From Clostridia bacterium (lineage in GTDB: Bacteria; Bacillota; Clostridia; Oscillospirales; Acutalibacteraceae): a DNA stretch of 64,000 nt. Below are positions 8,840 to 17,219 of the stretch, piece by piece (the first letter of the stretch is position 1; every line of letters starts with the position of its first letter). The notes under the pieces were generated by a model. It searched no databases. It worked only from the letters and a program-made list of their open reading frames with translations, and was not told where the DNA came from. Both the position numbers and the translations under genes were made by a program. The stretch spans positions 2,811 through 66,810 of the forward strand of contig JAFSYM010000146.1 in NCBI GenBank assembly GCA_017450005.1, given 5' to 3'.

Positions 8840-10642
8840 ATGATTCGTTCCCAGGTATTGATTTGCGGCGGTACGGGATGTACGTCCTCCGGCAGCGCGG
8901 CGCTCACGCCCGCGTTTGAGGAAGAGCTGCAGAAAAACGGCCTTACCGAGGAAGTCAAGCTCGTCAAGACAGGCTGCTTCGGTCTGTGCGCACTCGGCCC
9001 TGTGGTCATCATCTACCCCGACGGCACATTCTACAGCCATGTGCAGAAGGAAGACGTCGCAGAAATCGTTTCCGAGCATCTGCTCAAGGGACGCGTCGTG
9101 GAACGCCTTGTCTACAACGACGTCGGCGCCGACGTGCAGGAAGAAGCGGCCAAAGCCGTCGCCCTGAGCGACACGGTCTTCTACAAGTCCCAGAAGCGCG
9201 TTGCGCTGCGCAACTGCGGCGTGATCAATCCCGAGAGCATCGACGAATACATCGCCATGGACGGCTATGCCGCTCTGGGCAAAGTGCTCACGGAAATGAC
9301 GCCCGAAGAGGTTATCCAGGTCATGAAGGACTCCGGCCTGCGCGGCAGAGGCGGCGGCGGATTCCCGACCGGTCTGAAGTGGAGCTTTACTGCGGCGAAC
9401 AAAGCGGATCAGAAGTATGTCGTCTGCAACGCCGACGAGGGCGACCCCGGTGCGTTCATGGATCGTTCCGTGCTTGAGGGCGACCCGCACTGCATCATCG
9501 AGGCTATGGCCATCTGCGGCTATGCGACCGGCGCGACCGAGGGCTACATCTACGTGCGCGCGGAGTATCCGATTGCTGTCAAGCGCCTGGAAATCGCGAT
9601 TGCACAGGCCAAGGAATACGGCCTGCTGGGCAAGAACATCTTTGAATCCGGCTTCGATTTCGATCTGCACATCCGTCTGGGCGCGGGCGCGTTCGTCTGC
9701 GGCGAAGAGACGGCGCTGATGACCTCCATCGAGGGCAATCGCGGCGAGCCCAGACCGAGACCGCCTTATCCGGCTGTCAAGGGCCTGTTCCAGAAGCCGA
9801 CGACCGAAAACAACGTCGAGACGTTTGCCAACGTCCCGCAGATCATCCTCAAGGGCGCCGAGTGGTTTGCGTCCATGGGCACCGAGCGTTCCAAGGGTAC
9901 CAAGGTATTCGCGCTCGGCGGCAATATCAATAACACCGGCCTTGTCGAAATTCCGATGGGCACCACGCTGCGTCACATCATCGAGGACATCGGCGGCGGT
10001 ATCCCCGGCGGCAAGAAATTCAAGGCTGCGCAAACGGGCGGTCCCTCCGGCGGCTGCATCCCGGCCAGCCTGATTGATACCGAAATCGACTACGACAACC
10101 TGACGGCCATCGGCTGCATGATGGGTTCCGGCGGTCTGATCGTCATGGACGAGAGCAAGTGCATGGTCGACATCGCCAAGTTCTTCCTTGACTTTACGGT
10201 CGACGAGAGCTGCGGCAAGTGCACGCCCTGTCGCATCGGCACTGTGCGCATGAAGGAGCTGCTCGAAAAAATCACATCCGGCAACGGCACGCTCGAGGAC
10301 ATCGACAAGCTCGAAGAGCTGGCCTACTATATCAAAGCCAACTCCCTGTGCGGACTTGGCCAGACGGCGCCGAATCCGGTGCTGGCCACGCTCAAGTTCT
10401 TCCGCGACGAATACGTCGCACACGTGGTGGACAAGAAGTGCCCCGCCGGCGTATGTAAGGATCTGCTTCAGTACAAGATTATCGCCGACAAGTGCAAGGG
10501 CTGCACAGCCTGTTCGCGCGTCTGCCCGGTCAATGCCATCTCCGGCACGGTCAAGCAGCCGCATTCCATCGATCCCGCGAAGTGCATCAAGTGCGGTTCC
10601 TGCATGGCGAAGTGCAAGTTCGGCGCGATCATCAAGGAATAA
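8840..10642 (+). CDS. hydB: NuoF-like FMN/NADH-binding subunit of bifurcating [FeFe]-hydrogenase (HydB)
   Basis: GRGGGGFPTGLKW, CNADEGDPGAFMDR and ESCGKCTPCR, plus C-terminal 2x[4Fe-4S] (CKGCTACSRVCP, CIKCGSCMAKC). Confidence 0.9.
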   Translation: MIRSQVLICGGTGCTSSGSAALTPAFEEELQKNGLTEEVKLVKTGCFGLCALGPVVIIYPDGTFYSHVQKEDVAEIVSEHLLKGRVVERLVYNDVGADVQEEAAKAVALSDTVFYKSQKRVALRNCGVINPESIDEYIAMDGYAALGKVLTEMTPEEVIQVMKDSGLRGRGGGGFPTGLKWSFTAANKADQKYVVCNADEGDPGAFMDRSVLEGDPHCIIEAMAICGYATGATEGYIYVRAEYPIAVKRLEIAIAQAKEYGLLGKNIFESGFDFDLHIRLGAGAFVCGEETALMTSIEGNRGEPRPRPPYPAVKGLFQKPTTENNVETFANVPQIILKGAEWFASMGTERSKGTKVFALGGNINNTGLVEIPMGTTLRHIIEDIGGGIPGGKKFKAAQTGGPSGGCIPASLIDTEIDYDNLTAIGCMMGSGGLIVMDESKCMVDIAKFFLDFTVDESCGKCTPCRIGTVRMKELLEKITSGNGTLEDIDKLEELAYYIKANSLCGLGQTAPNPVLATLKFFRDEYVAHVVDKKCPAGVCKDLLQYKIIADKCKGCTACSRVCPVNAISGTVKQPHSIDPAKCIKCGSCMAKCKFGAIIKE

Positions 10643-10657
10643 GGAGGAAGCGAAGTT

Positions 10658-12403
10658 ATGGATATGATTCAAGTAAAAGTAAACGGCGTGGAAGTTTCCG
10701 TACCCAAGGGCACAACGGCGCTCGAAGCGGCGCGTATCGCCGGCGCAGAGATTCCGACGCTCTGCTTCCTGAAGGACATCAACGAGATCGGCGCCTGCCG
10801 CATCTGTGTAGTCAAGGCCAGCAAAGCCAGAGGTTTTGTGGCGTCCTGTGTGTATCCGGTCAACGACGGCGAGGAGATCACCACCAATTCGCCGGACCTC
10901 ATCAAGTCGCGCAGAATGACGCTCGAGCTGCTGCTGTCCAATCATAAAAAAGAATGTCTGACCTGTGTGCGTTCCGGTAGTTGTGAGCTGCAGACGCTTT
11001 GCCAGGAATACGGCGTGGAAAGCCAGGAACGCTTTGCCGGCCGTATGAACAAATATGACATTGACCGCTCCGCGTCGCACATGTACCGCGACAACGAGAA
11101 GTGCATCCTCTGCCGCCGCTGCTCCGCCGCGTGCGAGAAGCTGCAGGCTGTGTCCGTCATCGGCGCCAATGACAGAGGCTTCGATACGCACATCGCCTCG
11201 CCCTTCGAGCTGCCTTTGGGCGATGTGGCATGCGTGTCCTGCGGCCAGTGCATCACTGTGTGCCCGACCGGCGCGCTTTCAGAGCGCGACGACACGCAGA
11301 AGGTTTACGACGCCATTCAGGACCCGTCCAAGCACGTCATCGTACAGACCGCGCCGTCCGTGCGCGTGGGTCTGGGCGAGGAGTTCGGTCTGCCGATCGG
11401 CTCCATCGTGACCGGCAAGATGGTCACCGCGATCCGCAGACTCGGCGTCGACAAGGTGTTCGATACCAACTTCAGCGCGGACCTGACGATCATGGAGGAA
11501 GCGACGGAGTTCCTCAGCCGCTATACCAAGAAAGAAAATCTCCCGCTGATCACGTCCTGCTCTCCCGGCTGGATCAAGTTCTGCGAGTATTACTATCCCG
11601 AAATGATCCCGAATCTGTCCACCTGCAAATCTCCGCAGGGTATGTTCGGCGCGGTTGCCAAAACGTACTATGCCGAGAAGACGGGCATTGATCCGAAAGA
11701 TATCTTCGTTGTCAGCGTTATGCCCTGCACGGCCAAGAAGTTCGAGGCCGAGCGTCATGATTACACGGCGGTCAAGGGCCTGCCGGATATCGACGTAGTG
11801 CTGACTGTGCGTGAGCTTGCGCGCATGATCCGCAAGAACGGCATCCTGTTCAATCAGCTCCCCGACGGCGAGTTTGACGCGCCGTTCGGTCTGGGCTCCG
11901 GGGCGGGTACCATCTTCGGCGCGACGGGCGGTGTGATGGAAGCGGCGCTTCGTACGGCCGTGTTCTCCATCACCGGCGAGAACCCCGCCAAGATCGAGTT
12001 CGACGATGTCCGCGGTACCACCGGCATCAAGGAAGCCGAGTACAATGTGGCGGGCAACGTGGTGCGCGTGGCGGTCGCTTCGGGACTGGCGAACGCGAAG
12101 AAGCTGTTGGAGATGGTGAAGTCCGGCGAGAAGACGTACGACTTTATCGAGATCATGGCCTGCCCCGGCGGCTGTGTCAACGGCGGCGGTCAGCCGATCC
12201 AGCCCGCGAACGTGCGCAACGTGATCGACCTGCGCTCCGAGCGTGCAGCCGGTTTGTACAAGGACGACCAGCAGCTGCCGGTGCGTTTCTCGCATGAGAA
12301 TCCGGACATCAAGCGCATCTACGACGAATACCTCGGCGAGCCGAACAGCCACAAGGCACACGAGATCCTGCACACCGGCTATACCGTGCGCAGCAAATAT
12401 TGA
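10658..12403 (+). CDS. hydA: [FeFe]-hydrogenase catalytic subunit (HydA, M3-type with 2Fe-2S and 3x[4Fe-4S] accessory domains)
   Basis: H-cluster motifs TSCSPGW (L1 variant), MPCTAKKFE (L2) and EIMACPGGCVNGGGQP (L3). N-terminal Fe-S motifs CRICVV, CLTCVRSGSCELQ, CILCRRCSAAC and CVSCGQCITVCP. Confidence 0.9.
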   Translation: MDMIQVKVNGVEVSVPKGTTALEAARIAGAEIPTLCFLKDINEIGACRICVVKASKARGFVASCVYPVNDGEEITTNSPDLIKSRRMTLELLLSNHKKECLTCVRSGSCELQTLCQEYGVESQERFAGRMNKYDIDRSASHMYRDNEKCILCRRCSAACEKLQAVSVIGANDRGFDTHIASPFELPLGDVACVSCGQCITVCPTGALSERDDTQKVYDAIQDPSKHVIVQTAPSVRVGLGEEFGLPIGSIVTGKMVTAIRRLGVDKVFDTNFSADLTIMEEATEFLSRYTKKENLPLITSCSPGWIKFCEYYYPEMIPNLSTCKSPQGMFGAVAKTYYAEKTGIDPKDIFVVSVMPCTAKKFEAERHDYTAVKGLPDIDVVLTVRELARMIRKNGILFNQLPDGEFDAPFGLGSGAGTIFGATGGVMEAALRTAVFSITGENPAKIEFDDVRGTTGIKEAEYNVAGNVVRVAVASGLANAKKLLEMVKSGEKTYDFIEIMACPGGCVNGGGQPIQPANVRNVIDLRSERAAGLYKDDQQLPVRFSHENPDIKRIYDEYLGEPNSHKAHEILHTGYTVRSKY

Positions 12404-12417
12404 TCCTTTGAATCTCC

Positions 12418-12455
12418 AAAACCGCGATCGGACGCAAAACCGACCGCGGTTTTAT
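12418..12455 (+). terminator. rho-independent terminator after hydA
   Basis: Stem ACCGCGATCGG / CCGACCGCGGT with an 8-nt loop, followed by TTTT. Confidence 0.6.
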
Positions 12456-12478
12456 CATGTCATAATTCTCCGAAGCGG

Positions 12479-12507
12479 TTGACCTTCGTTGAGGAATTTG
12501 CTATAAT
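12479..12507 (+). promoter_or_regulatory. sigma-A promoter TTGACC-17-TATAAT
   Basis: Near-consensus hexamers with exact 17-nt spacing, 17 nt upstream of the lipase ATG. Confidence 0.55.
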
Positions 12508-12523
12508 ATGCGGGTAATCATTC

Positions 12524-13696
12524 ATGCGGAGGAGAACTGCGTTGAACAGACTGCTTGCATTCTTTTTGTCGATTGTGATGTTCGTGTCGCCGGCGGCGAA
12601 TTATCCGCATCAGGAGATCGACAAATCGGACTGGACGACCGACTATGCCTATATCTTTGTCCACGGCCTAATCGGCTGGGGCGACGATACGCTCATGGAT
12701 CGCCTCATTTCGTATTTCGGCACCTTCAGCGGGAGTCTGATGCGGTATCTGCGTGCACGCGGACTTGACTGTCATGCGGCGACTATGAGCCTGGAGGGCA
12801 GTGCGTGGGATCGCGCGTGCGAGCTGTACGCGCAGTTGACGGGCACCCGAACGGATTACGGCGAAGCGCACAGCGCTCAGTGTCATCATCCGCGCTACGG
12901 TCGGGATTACACAGGCAAGGCGCTGATCGACAAGTTCGACGCCGCGCACAAGGTCAATCTGATCGGCCACTCCTTCGGCGGGACGACGATACTGGAATTT
13001 CTGGAGCTGATGGCGAACGGCGATCCGGCCGAATGCGAGACATCGCAGCCCTCGGAGCTTTCACCGCTGTTCGAGGGCGGCAAGTCCGACTGGGTTTACT
13101 CAATTTCAACGCTCTCTGTGCCGTTCTGCGGAACCACGCTGTACGAATACGGCAATCCTTACACCATGACGCCAGAGGTCTTTAACACGCATCCCGGCAA
13201 GATTCTGCTGGATCTGTCCTCGAAGCTGACCACAAAAAACCGACCCTACACGGACACGCCCGTTTACGATATGGAAGTGGATCGCGCGATCGAGATCACC
13301 AGTTCATGCGAAACGGTTAGCTCGGTGTATTATTTCTCCGTGCCGTGTTCGTGCTCGCAACCGGACGGAAACGGACGACAGATTCCGAAGCCGGAAATGG
13401 TGGCGCTGATGAAACCGCTCTGCCGGGCAATCGGCATGTTCCACGGTACGACGGCAGGCGGGGTGGAGCTGGACGGGAAATGGCGTGAGAACGACGGATT
13501 GGTCAATACTATTTCCGAACGCGCACCACTCGGTGCTCCGCAAAAGGACATAGATTTTGACCATATTGAGCCGGGCATCTGGAACGTGTTCCCGACGATG
13601 CAGGCCGACCACATGTTCTTCAGCGGCGGATTCCTGCGCACAACGGATATCCGCACCTACTATGTGGCGTATATTCAGCGAATCAATACGCTGTGA
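12524..13696 (+). CDS. secreted alpha/beta-hydrolase, lipase/esterase
   Basis: N-terminal signal (LLAFFLSIVMFVSPAA). Nucleophile elbow NLIGHSFGG (GxSxG). Confidence 0.7.
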   Translation: MRRRTALNRLLAFFLSIVMFVSPAANYPHQEIDKSDWTTDYAYIFVHGLIGWGDDTLMDRLISYFGTFSGSLMRYLRARGLDCHAATMSLEGSAWDRACELYAQLTGTRTDYGEAHSAQCHHPRYGRDYTGKALIDKFDAAHKVNLIGHSFGGTTILEFLELMANGDPAECETSQPSELSPLFEGGKSDWVYSISTLSVPFCGTTLYEYGNPYTMTPEVFNTHPGKILLDLSSKLTTKNRPYTDTPVYDMEVDRAIEITSSCETVSSVYYFSVPCSCSQPDGNGRQIPKPEMVALMKPLCRAIGMFHGTTAGGVELDGKWRENDGLVNTISERAPLGAPQKDIDFDHIEPGIWNVFPTMQADHMFFSGGFLRTTDIRTYYVAYIQRINTL

Positions 13697-13718
13697 GCCA
13701 ACTGAACAGAATACACAA

Positions 13719-13760
13719 AGCCGCGATCGGAAAACCCGACCGCGGCTGCTTTATGTTTTG
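13719..13760 (+). terminator. terminator hairpin between the convergent lipase and FNT genes (possibly bidirectional)
   Basis: Stem AGCCGCGATCGG / CCGACCGCGGCT, followed by a T-rich tract. The stem is nearly identical to that of the hydA terminator. Confidence 0.55.
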
Positions 13761-13766
13761 TACCGT

Positions 13767-14402
13767 TTATTTCGCAGCGAACTTTTCACCCGCAAGACGG
13801 CGAAGGCACGGGAGCACCACGCCGCCGACGGCGTTGCCGCACACGACGAGCAGCAGGAACAGGAACGCGCGTCCTGTGAAATTGCCGCCGAAGGAGAAGT
13901 AGAACATGTCGGCGATTGAATGCTCAAAGCCGGCAACGATAAAGACCGGAATGCCGAACAGGATGCCGATGAGCGACTTTTCCTTGAACGTCTTGACCGC
14001 AACATACATCAGAATGCCGCAGAAAATGCCGAGAATGAAGGTTTGCAGCGGGTTTTGTCCGAGCTTCGTCTCGCACAGTGCCGCTGCTTTTTCGGCGTTG
14101 GCGGGCAGAGCGTAGGCGAGAATGCGGCCGCACGCGGTCGCCGCGGCGTAGTTGCCCAGCAAACCCACCAGCAGATGCAGCGCGTCGATCGGCTTGAACT
14201 GCTCAGCGACGAAGCCGATCTTGCCGGTGAACAGGTACAGACCCATTTTGCAGATCGTCAGCAGCGCGACAGAGAACAGCACCGCGCCGAGGATCTTGAC
14301 CACGCCGGGCGCCGTCGCGTCGCCGACGCACGCCATAAATACCGCGCCGCCGATGGCGATCATCACGCCGGCTGCCAGAGAATCAAAAATCGTTTTACGC
14401 AT
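13767..14402 (-). CDS. formate/nitrite transporter (FNT) family channel
   Basis: AGFEHSIADMFY signature in a polytopic protein. Start chosen at MRKTIFD, with RBS AGGAGGAG 7 nt upstream. The track ORF extends to 14588 without support. Confidence 0.75.
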   Translation of the reverse strand: MRKTIFDSLAAGVMIAIGGAVFMACVGDATAPGVVKILGAVLFSVALLTICKMGLYLFTGKIGFVAEQFKPIDALHLLVGLLGNYAAATACGRILAYALPANAEKAAALCETKLGQNPLQTFILGIFCGILMYVAVKTFKEKSLIGILFGIPVFIVAGFEHSIADMFYFSFGGNFTGRAFLFLLLVVCGNAVGGVVLPCLRRLAGEKFAAK

Positions 14403-14423
14403 ATCTTTCTCCTCCTGTAAATC

Positions 14424-14688
14424 GGAATTTGACGGGCTGCGCCCGAATGAATTGACGCTGCGCGTCATGAATTGGCTGACGCCATGAATTGTTGCTGCGC
14501 AACATGAATTGCATTGCGATGCAATGCATTGAGGGCGGGGTGAACCCCGCACCCCATTAAAATGGGTACGGGCGAAGCCCGTCCGCAATGCGCACAGCGC
14601 AATTCACGACCGAAGGTCATTTCATGCCGCAAGGCAATTCACGCGCCGTCGGCGCAATTCATGTCGGAATTTGTCTGCGACAAATTCC
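14424..14688. repeat. structured intergenic element: arms of short hairpins spaced by ATGAATT / AATTCAT, flanking a ~55-nt three-hairpin core
   Basis: Left arm has 4-5 ATGAATT spacers separating GC hairpins, most with TGC loops. Right arm has AATTCA(T) spacers. The core at 14531-14585 recurs at 25382-25439. Confidence 0.65.
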
Positions 14689-14691
14689 CCT

Positions 14692-15978
14692 TTACTTCTT
14701 CGGCACCAGTTTCTCTTTACCGCCCATGTACGGACGCAGCACTTCGGGGATGCGCACAGAGCCGTCCGCTTCGAGGTTGTTTTCCAGGAAGGCGATCAGC
14801 ATGCGGGGCGGGGCGACGACCGTGTTGTTGAGCGTGTGGGCAAAGTATTTCTGCTTGTTGTCGCTCACGCGGATTTTGAGGCGTCTTGCCTGTGCATCGC
14901 CGAGGTTGGAACACGAGCCGACCTCAAAATATTTCTTTTGGCGCGGCGACCACGCTTCAACGTCCACGGACTTGACCTTGAGATCGGCCAGATCGCCGGA
15001 GCAGCACTCGAGCGTGCGCACCGGAATATCGAGCGAGCGGAACAGATCGACCGTGTTCTGCCAGAGCTTGTCGAACCACATCTTGCTTTCTTCCGGTTTG
15101 CATACGACGATCATTTCCTGCTTTTCAAACTGGTGGATGCGGTACACGCCGCGCTCCTCGATGCCGTGCGCGCCCTTTTCCTTGCGGAAGCAGGGAGAGT
15201 AGCTCGTGAGTGTGCGCGGCAGCGTTTCGACCGGCAGAATCTTGTCGATGAATTTGCCGATCATCGAGTGCTCGCTTGTACCGATCAGGTACAGATCCTC
15301 GCCCTCGATCTTGTACATCATGGCGTCCATCTCCGCGAAACTCATCACACCCGTCACGACGTTGCTGCGAATCATGAACGGGGGTACGCAGTAGGTAAAC
15401 CCGCGGTCGATCATGAAGTCGCGCGCGTAGGAGATTACCGCCGAATGCAGACGGGCGATGTCGCCCATCAGGTAGTAGAATCCGTTGCCGGCCACGTCAC
15501 GCGCCGCGTCGAGGTCGATGCCGTCGAAACGCTCCATGATGTCGGTGTGGTAGGGGATCTCGAAGTCCGGCACAACCGGATCGCCGTAGCGCTGCACTTC
15601 GACATTTTCGCTGTCGTCGCGGCCGATCGGGACGCTGGGATCGATGATGTTGGGAATCACCATCATGATGCGCAGGATCTTTTCCTGATACTCCGCCTCC
15701 AGCGCTTCCAGTTCGGCAAGACGCTGCGCATTGGCTGCAACCTGCTGCTTGACCTGCTCCGCTTCGTCTTTCTTGCCCTGCGCCATGAGCATGCCGATCT
15801 GCTTGGAGAGCTTGTTGCGGCTCGCGCGCAAGTCGTCCGCCTCACCCTTGGCGGCGCGGCTGAGACGATCCAGCTCGATCACTTCGTCCACGAGCGGGAG
15901 CTTGCTGTCCTGGAACTTGTTGCGGATGTTCTGCCGGACAATTTCCGGATTTTCACGCAAAAACTTGATGTCGATCAT
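14692..15978 (-). CDS. serS: serine--tRNA ligase
   Basis: 428 aa. MIDIKFLRENPE N-terminal coiled-coil arm and class II motifs (SPCFRKEKGAHG, GSCSNLGDAQARRL). Confidence 0.95.
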   Translation of the reverse strand: MIDIKFLRENPEIVRQNIRNKFQDSKLPLVDEVIELDRLSRAAKGEADDLRASRNKLSKQIGMLMAQGKKDEAEQVKQQVAANAQRLAELEALEAEYQEKILRIMMVIPNIIDPSVPIGRDDSENVEVQRYGDPVVPDFEIPYHTDIMERFDGIDLDAARDVAGNGFYYLMGDIARLHSAVISYARDFMIDRGFTYCVPPFMIRSNVVTGVMSFAEMDAMMYKIEGEDLYLIGTSEHSMIGKFIDKILPVETLPRTLTSYSPCFRKEKGAHGIEERGVYRIHQFEKQEMIVVCKPEESKMWFDKLWQNTVDLFRSLDIPVRTLECCSGDLADLKVKSVDVEAWSPRQKKYFEVGSCSNLGDAQARRLKIRVSDNKQKYFAHTLNNTVVAPPRMLIAFLENNLEADGSVRIPEVLRPYMGGKEKLVPKK

Positions 15979-15990
15979 CGTTGTATCTCC

Positions 15991-17142
15991 TTACTTTTTG
16001 AATCTCTTTTTCAGCTTAAATGTGGCCGTGCCGATGGCGGCTGCCGCGCCTGCGATGCCGAGCGCGGCGAGCGTGACCTTGAAGTTGGTGTGCCAGCGGT
16101 CGGTCAGAAAATCGTAGGGCTTGACGGATTTGCACTTCGTGCCGAAGAAATCGCGGTAGCGCACCATGTACGTGTCGATCAGACGCGGATGCGATTCATC
16201 CAGGTCGATCACACGCACACCCTGGCGCAGACCGTCGCCCCACATATGAAAGCCGCTGCACTGCGTCTGGCACAGCAGAATGCCGTCGACTTCGCCCTGG
16301 AAATCGTTCATGTGGTCATGGCCGAAAACGGCGGCGATCACATCGCCCTTTTTCTTCCAGGACGCGAACTGCCCGTTGTTTTTGGCCGGTACGGCAGGCC
16401 CCTCGCCCAAATAACCCTGGAGCTTATCGCCGCGGGTGAAATACTTGCCCTTGTACATGCTCATGCCGCGCACGCGATAGGGATTCAGAATCGTCGTTTC
16501 CCGCAGCAGCTCGTATTCCTCGCAAACGGGAATGTGCTGGAAAAAGATCGACGGTACCACGCCGCCGTTCTGCACGGTCAGGCTGTCGCAGGTGCGTTCG
16601 TACCACTCAATCTGGTCGTCGTCGACCCATGCGTAGCCGTCGCTGCCGTCCTGTGCGCCGGAACCGGAGTCCAGCAGCCAAAGGTTGAATGCCATCTTCT
16701 GCCCGGTGTGGTCGAAGATCGGCACAAAGCAGTTGCCCACGCCCGTCACGCCGGATTCGTCGGTGTTGAGGAATTTCGGAATGCGGTTGAACAGCGAGAA
16801 GACGAGCTTCTTTTCCTCGGCGGGCGGATCGCCGTCGTGGTTGCCGAAGACGATGCCGACCGGAATGTTGCGCGAGGTGAAGGGCTTGGTCAGCCGGACA
16901 ATCTGCTCGAAGAGTTCATCCTCCGTGCAGCGGCGGTTCTCCGCCTCGTTTTCACGCTCCACCAGATCGCCCATAAAGACGACCATATCGGCATGCAGAT
17001 ATTCTGCCGCAGCATTCAGAAGACGCAGCATGTCCTCCGTCTTCTCGTCAAACGGCAGCTTTTCGTGACTGTCGCCGATGGCAAGAATGCGAAATTTGCC
17101 GCGCTCGTTAAACTGCAAATGCACGGGTGATTGACTGCGCAT
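15991..17142 (-). CDS. calcineurin-like metallophosphoesterase with C-terminal membrane anchor
   Basis: ILAIGDSHE, FMGDLVE, VFGNHDG and VFGHDHMNDF motifs. C-terminal TM segment LAALGIAGAAAAIGTA. Confidence 0.75.
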   Translation of the reverse strand: MRSQSPVHLQFNERGKFRILAIGDSHEKLPFDEKTEDMLRLLNAAAEYLHADMVVFMGDLVERENEAENRRCTEDELFEQIVRLTKPFTSRNIPVGIVFGNHDGDPPAEEKKLVFSLFNRIPKFLNTDESGVTGVGNCFVPIFDHTGQKMAFNLWLLDSGSGAQDGSDGYAWVDDDQIEWYERTCDSLTVQNGGVVPSIFFQHIPVCEEYELLRETTILNPYRVRGMSMYKGKYFTRGDKLQGYLGEGPAVPAKNNGQFASWKKKGDVIAAVFGHDHMNDFQGEVDGILLCQTQCSGFHMWGDGLRQGVRVIDLDESHPRLIDTYMVRYRDFFGTKCKSVKPYDFLTDRWHTNFKVTLAALGIAGAAAAIGTATFKLKKRFKK

Positions 17143-17219
17143 ATTTTCACGTTCCTTTCATGAATCGAAAGACTGTCTCATAAAGATTAAATAAATAAGA
17201 AAAGTAAAAGGGGACTGCC

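Noticed and set aside
8438-11191. 917-aa ORF on the minus strand, antisense to the ferredoxin, hydB and hydA genes
   Set aside because: The sense strand carries unmistakable NuoF and HydA motifs. The antisense translation is low-complexity (Ala/Arg/Gly/Leu/Asp-rich) with no motifs. Long stop-free antisense frames are expected at this GC content.
14562-14600. Possible conserved mini-ORF MGTG(E/K)ARP inside the repeat core (also at 25416-25439)
   Set aside because: No RBS is present. The conservation is explained by the hairpin ACGGGC-NAA-GCCCGT, and the downstream sequences diverge immediately.
14671-17130. 819-aa ORF on the plus strand, antisense to serS and the metallophosphoesterase
   Set aside because: It is a GC artefact like the one above. 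serS and the MPE motifs on the minus strand are unambiguous.
17143-17219. Expected T-box leader for serS
   Set aside because: serS follows the metallophosphoesterase gene by 12 nt, and the only upstream gap is 77 nt. That is too short for a T-box, and no specifier/T-box sequence is visible.
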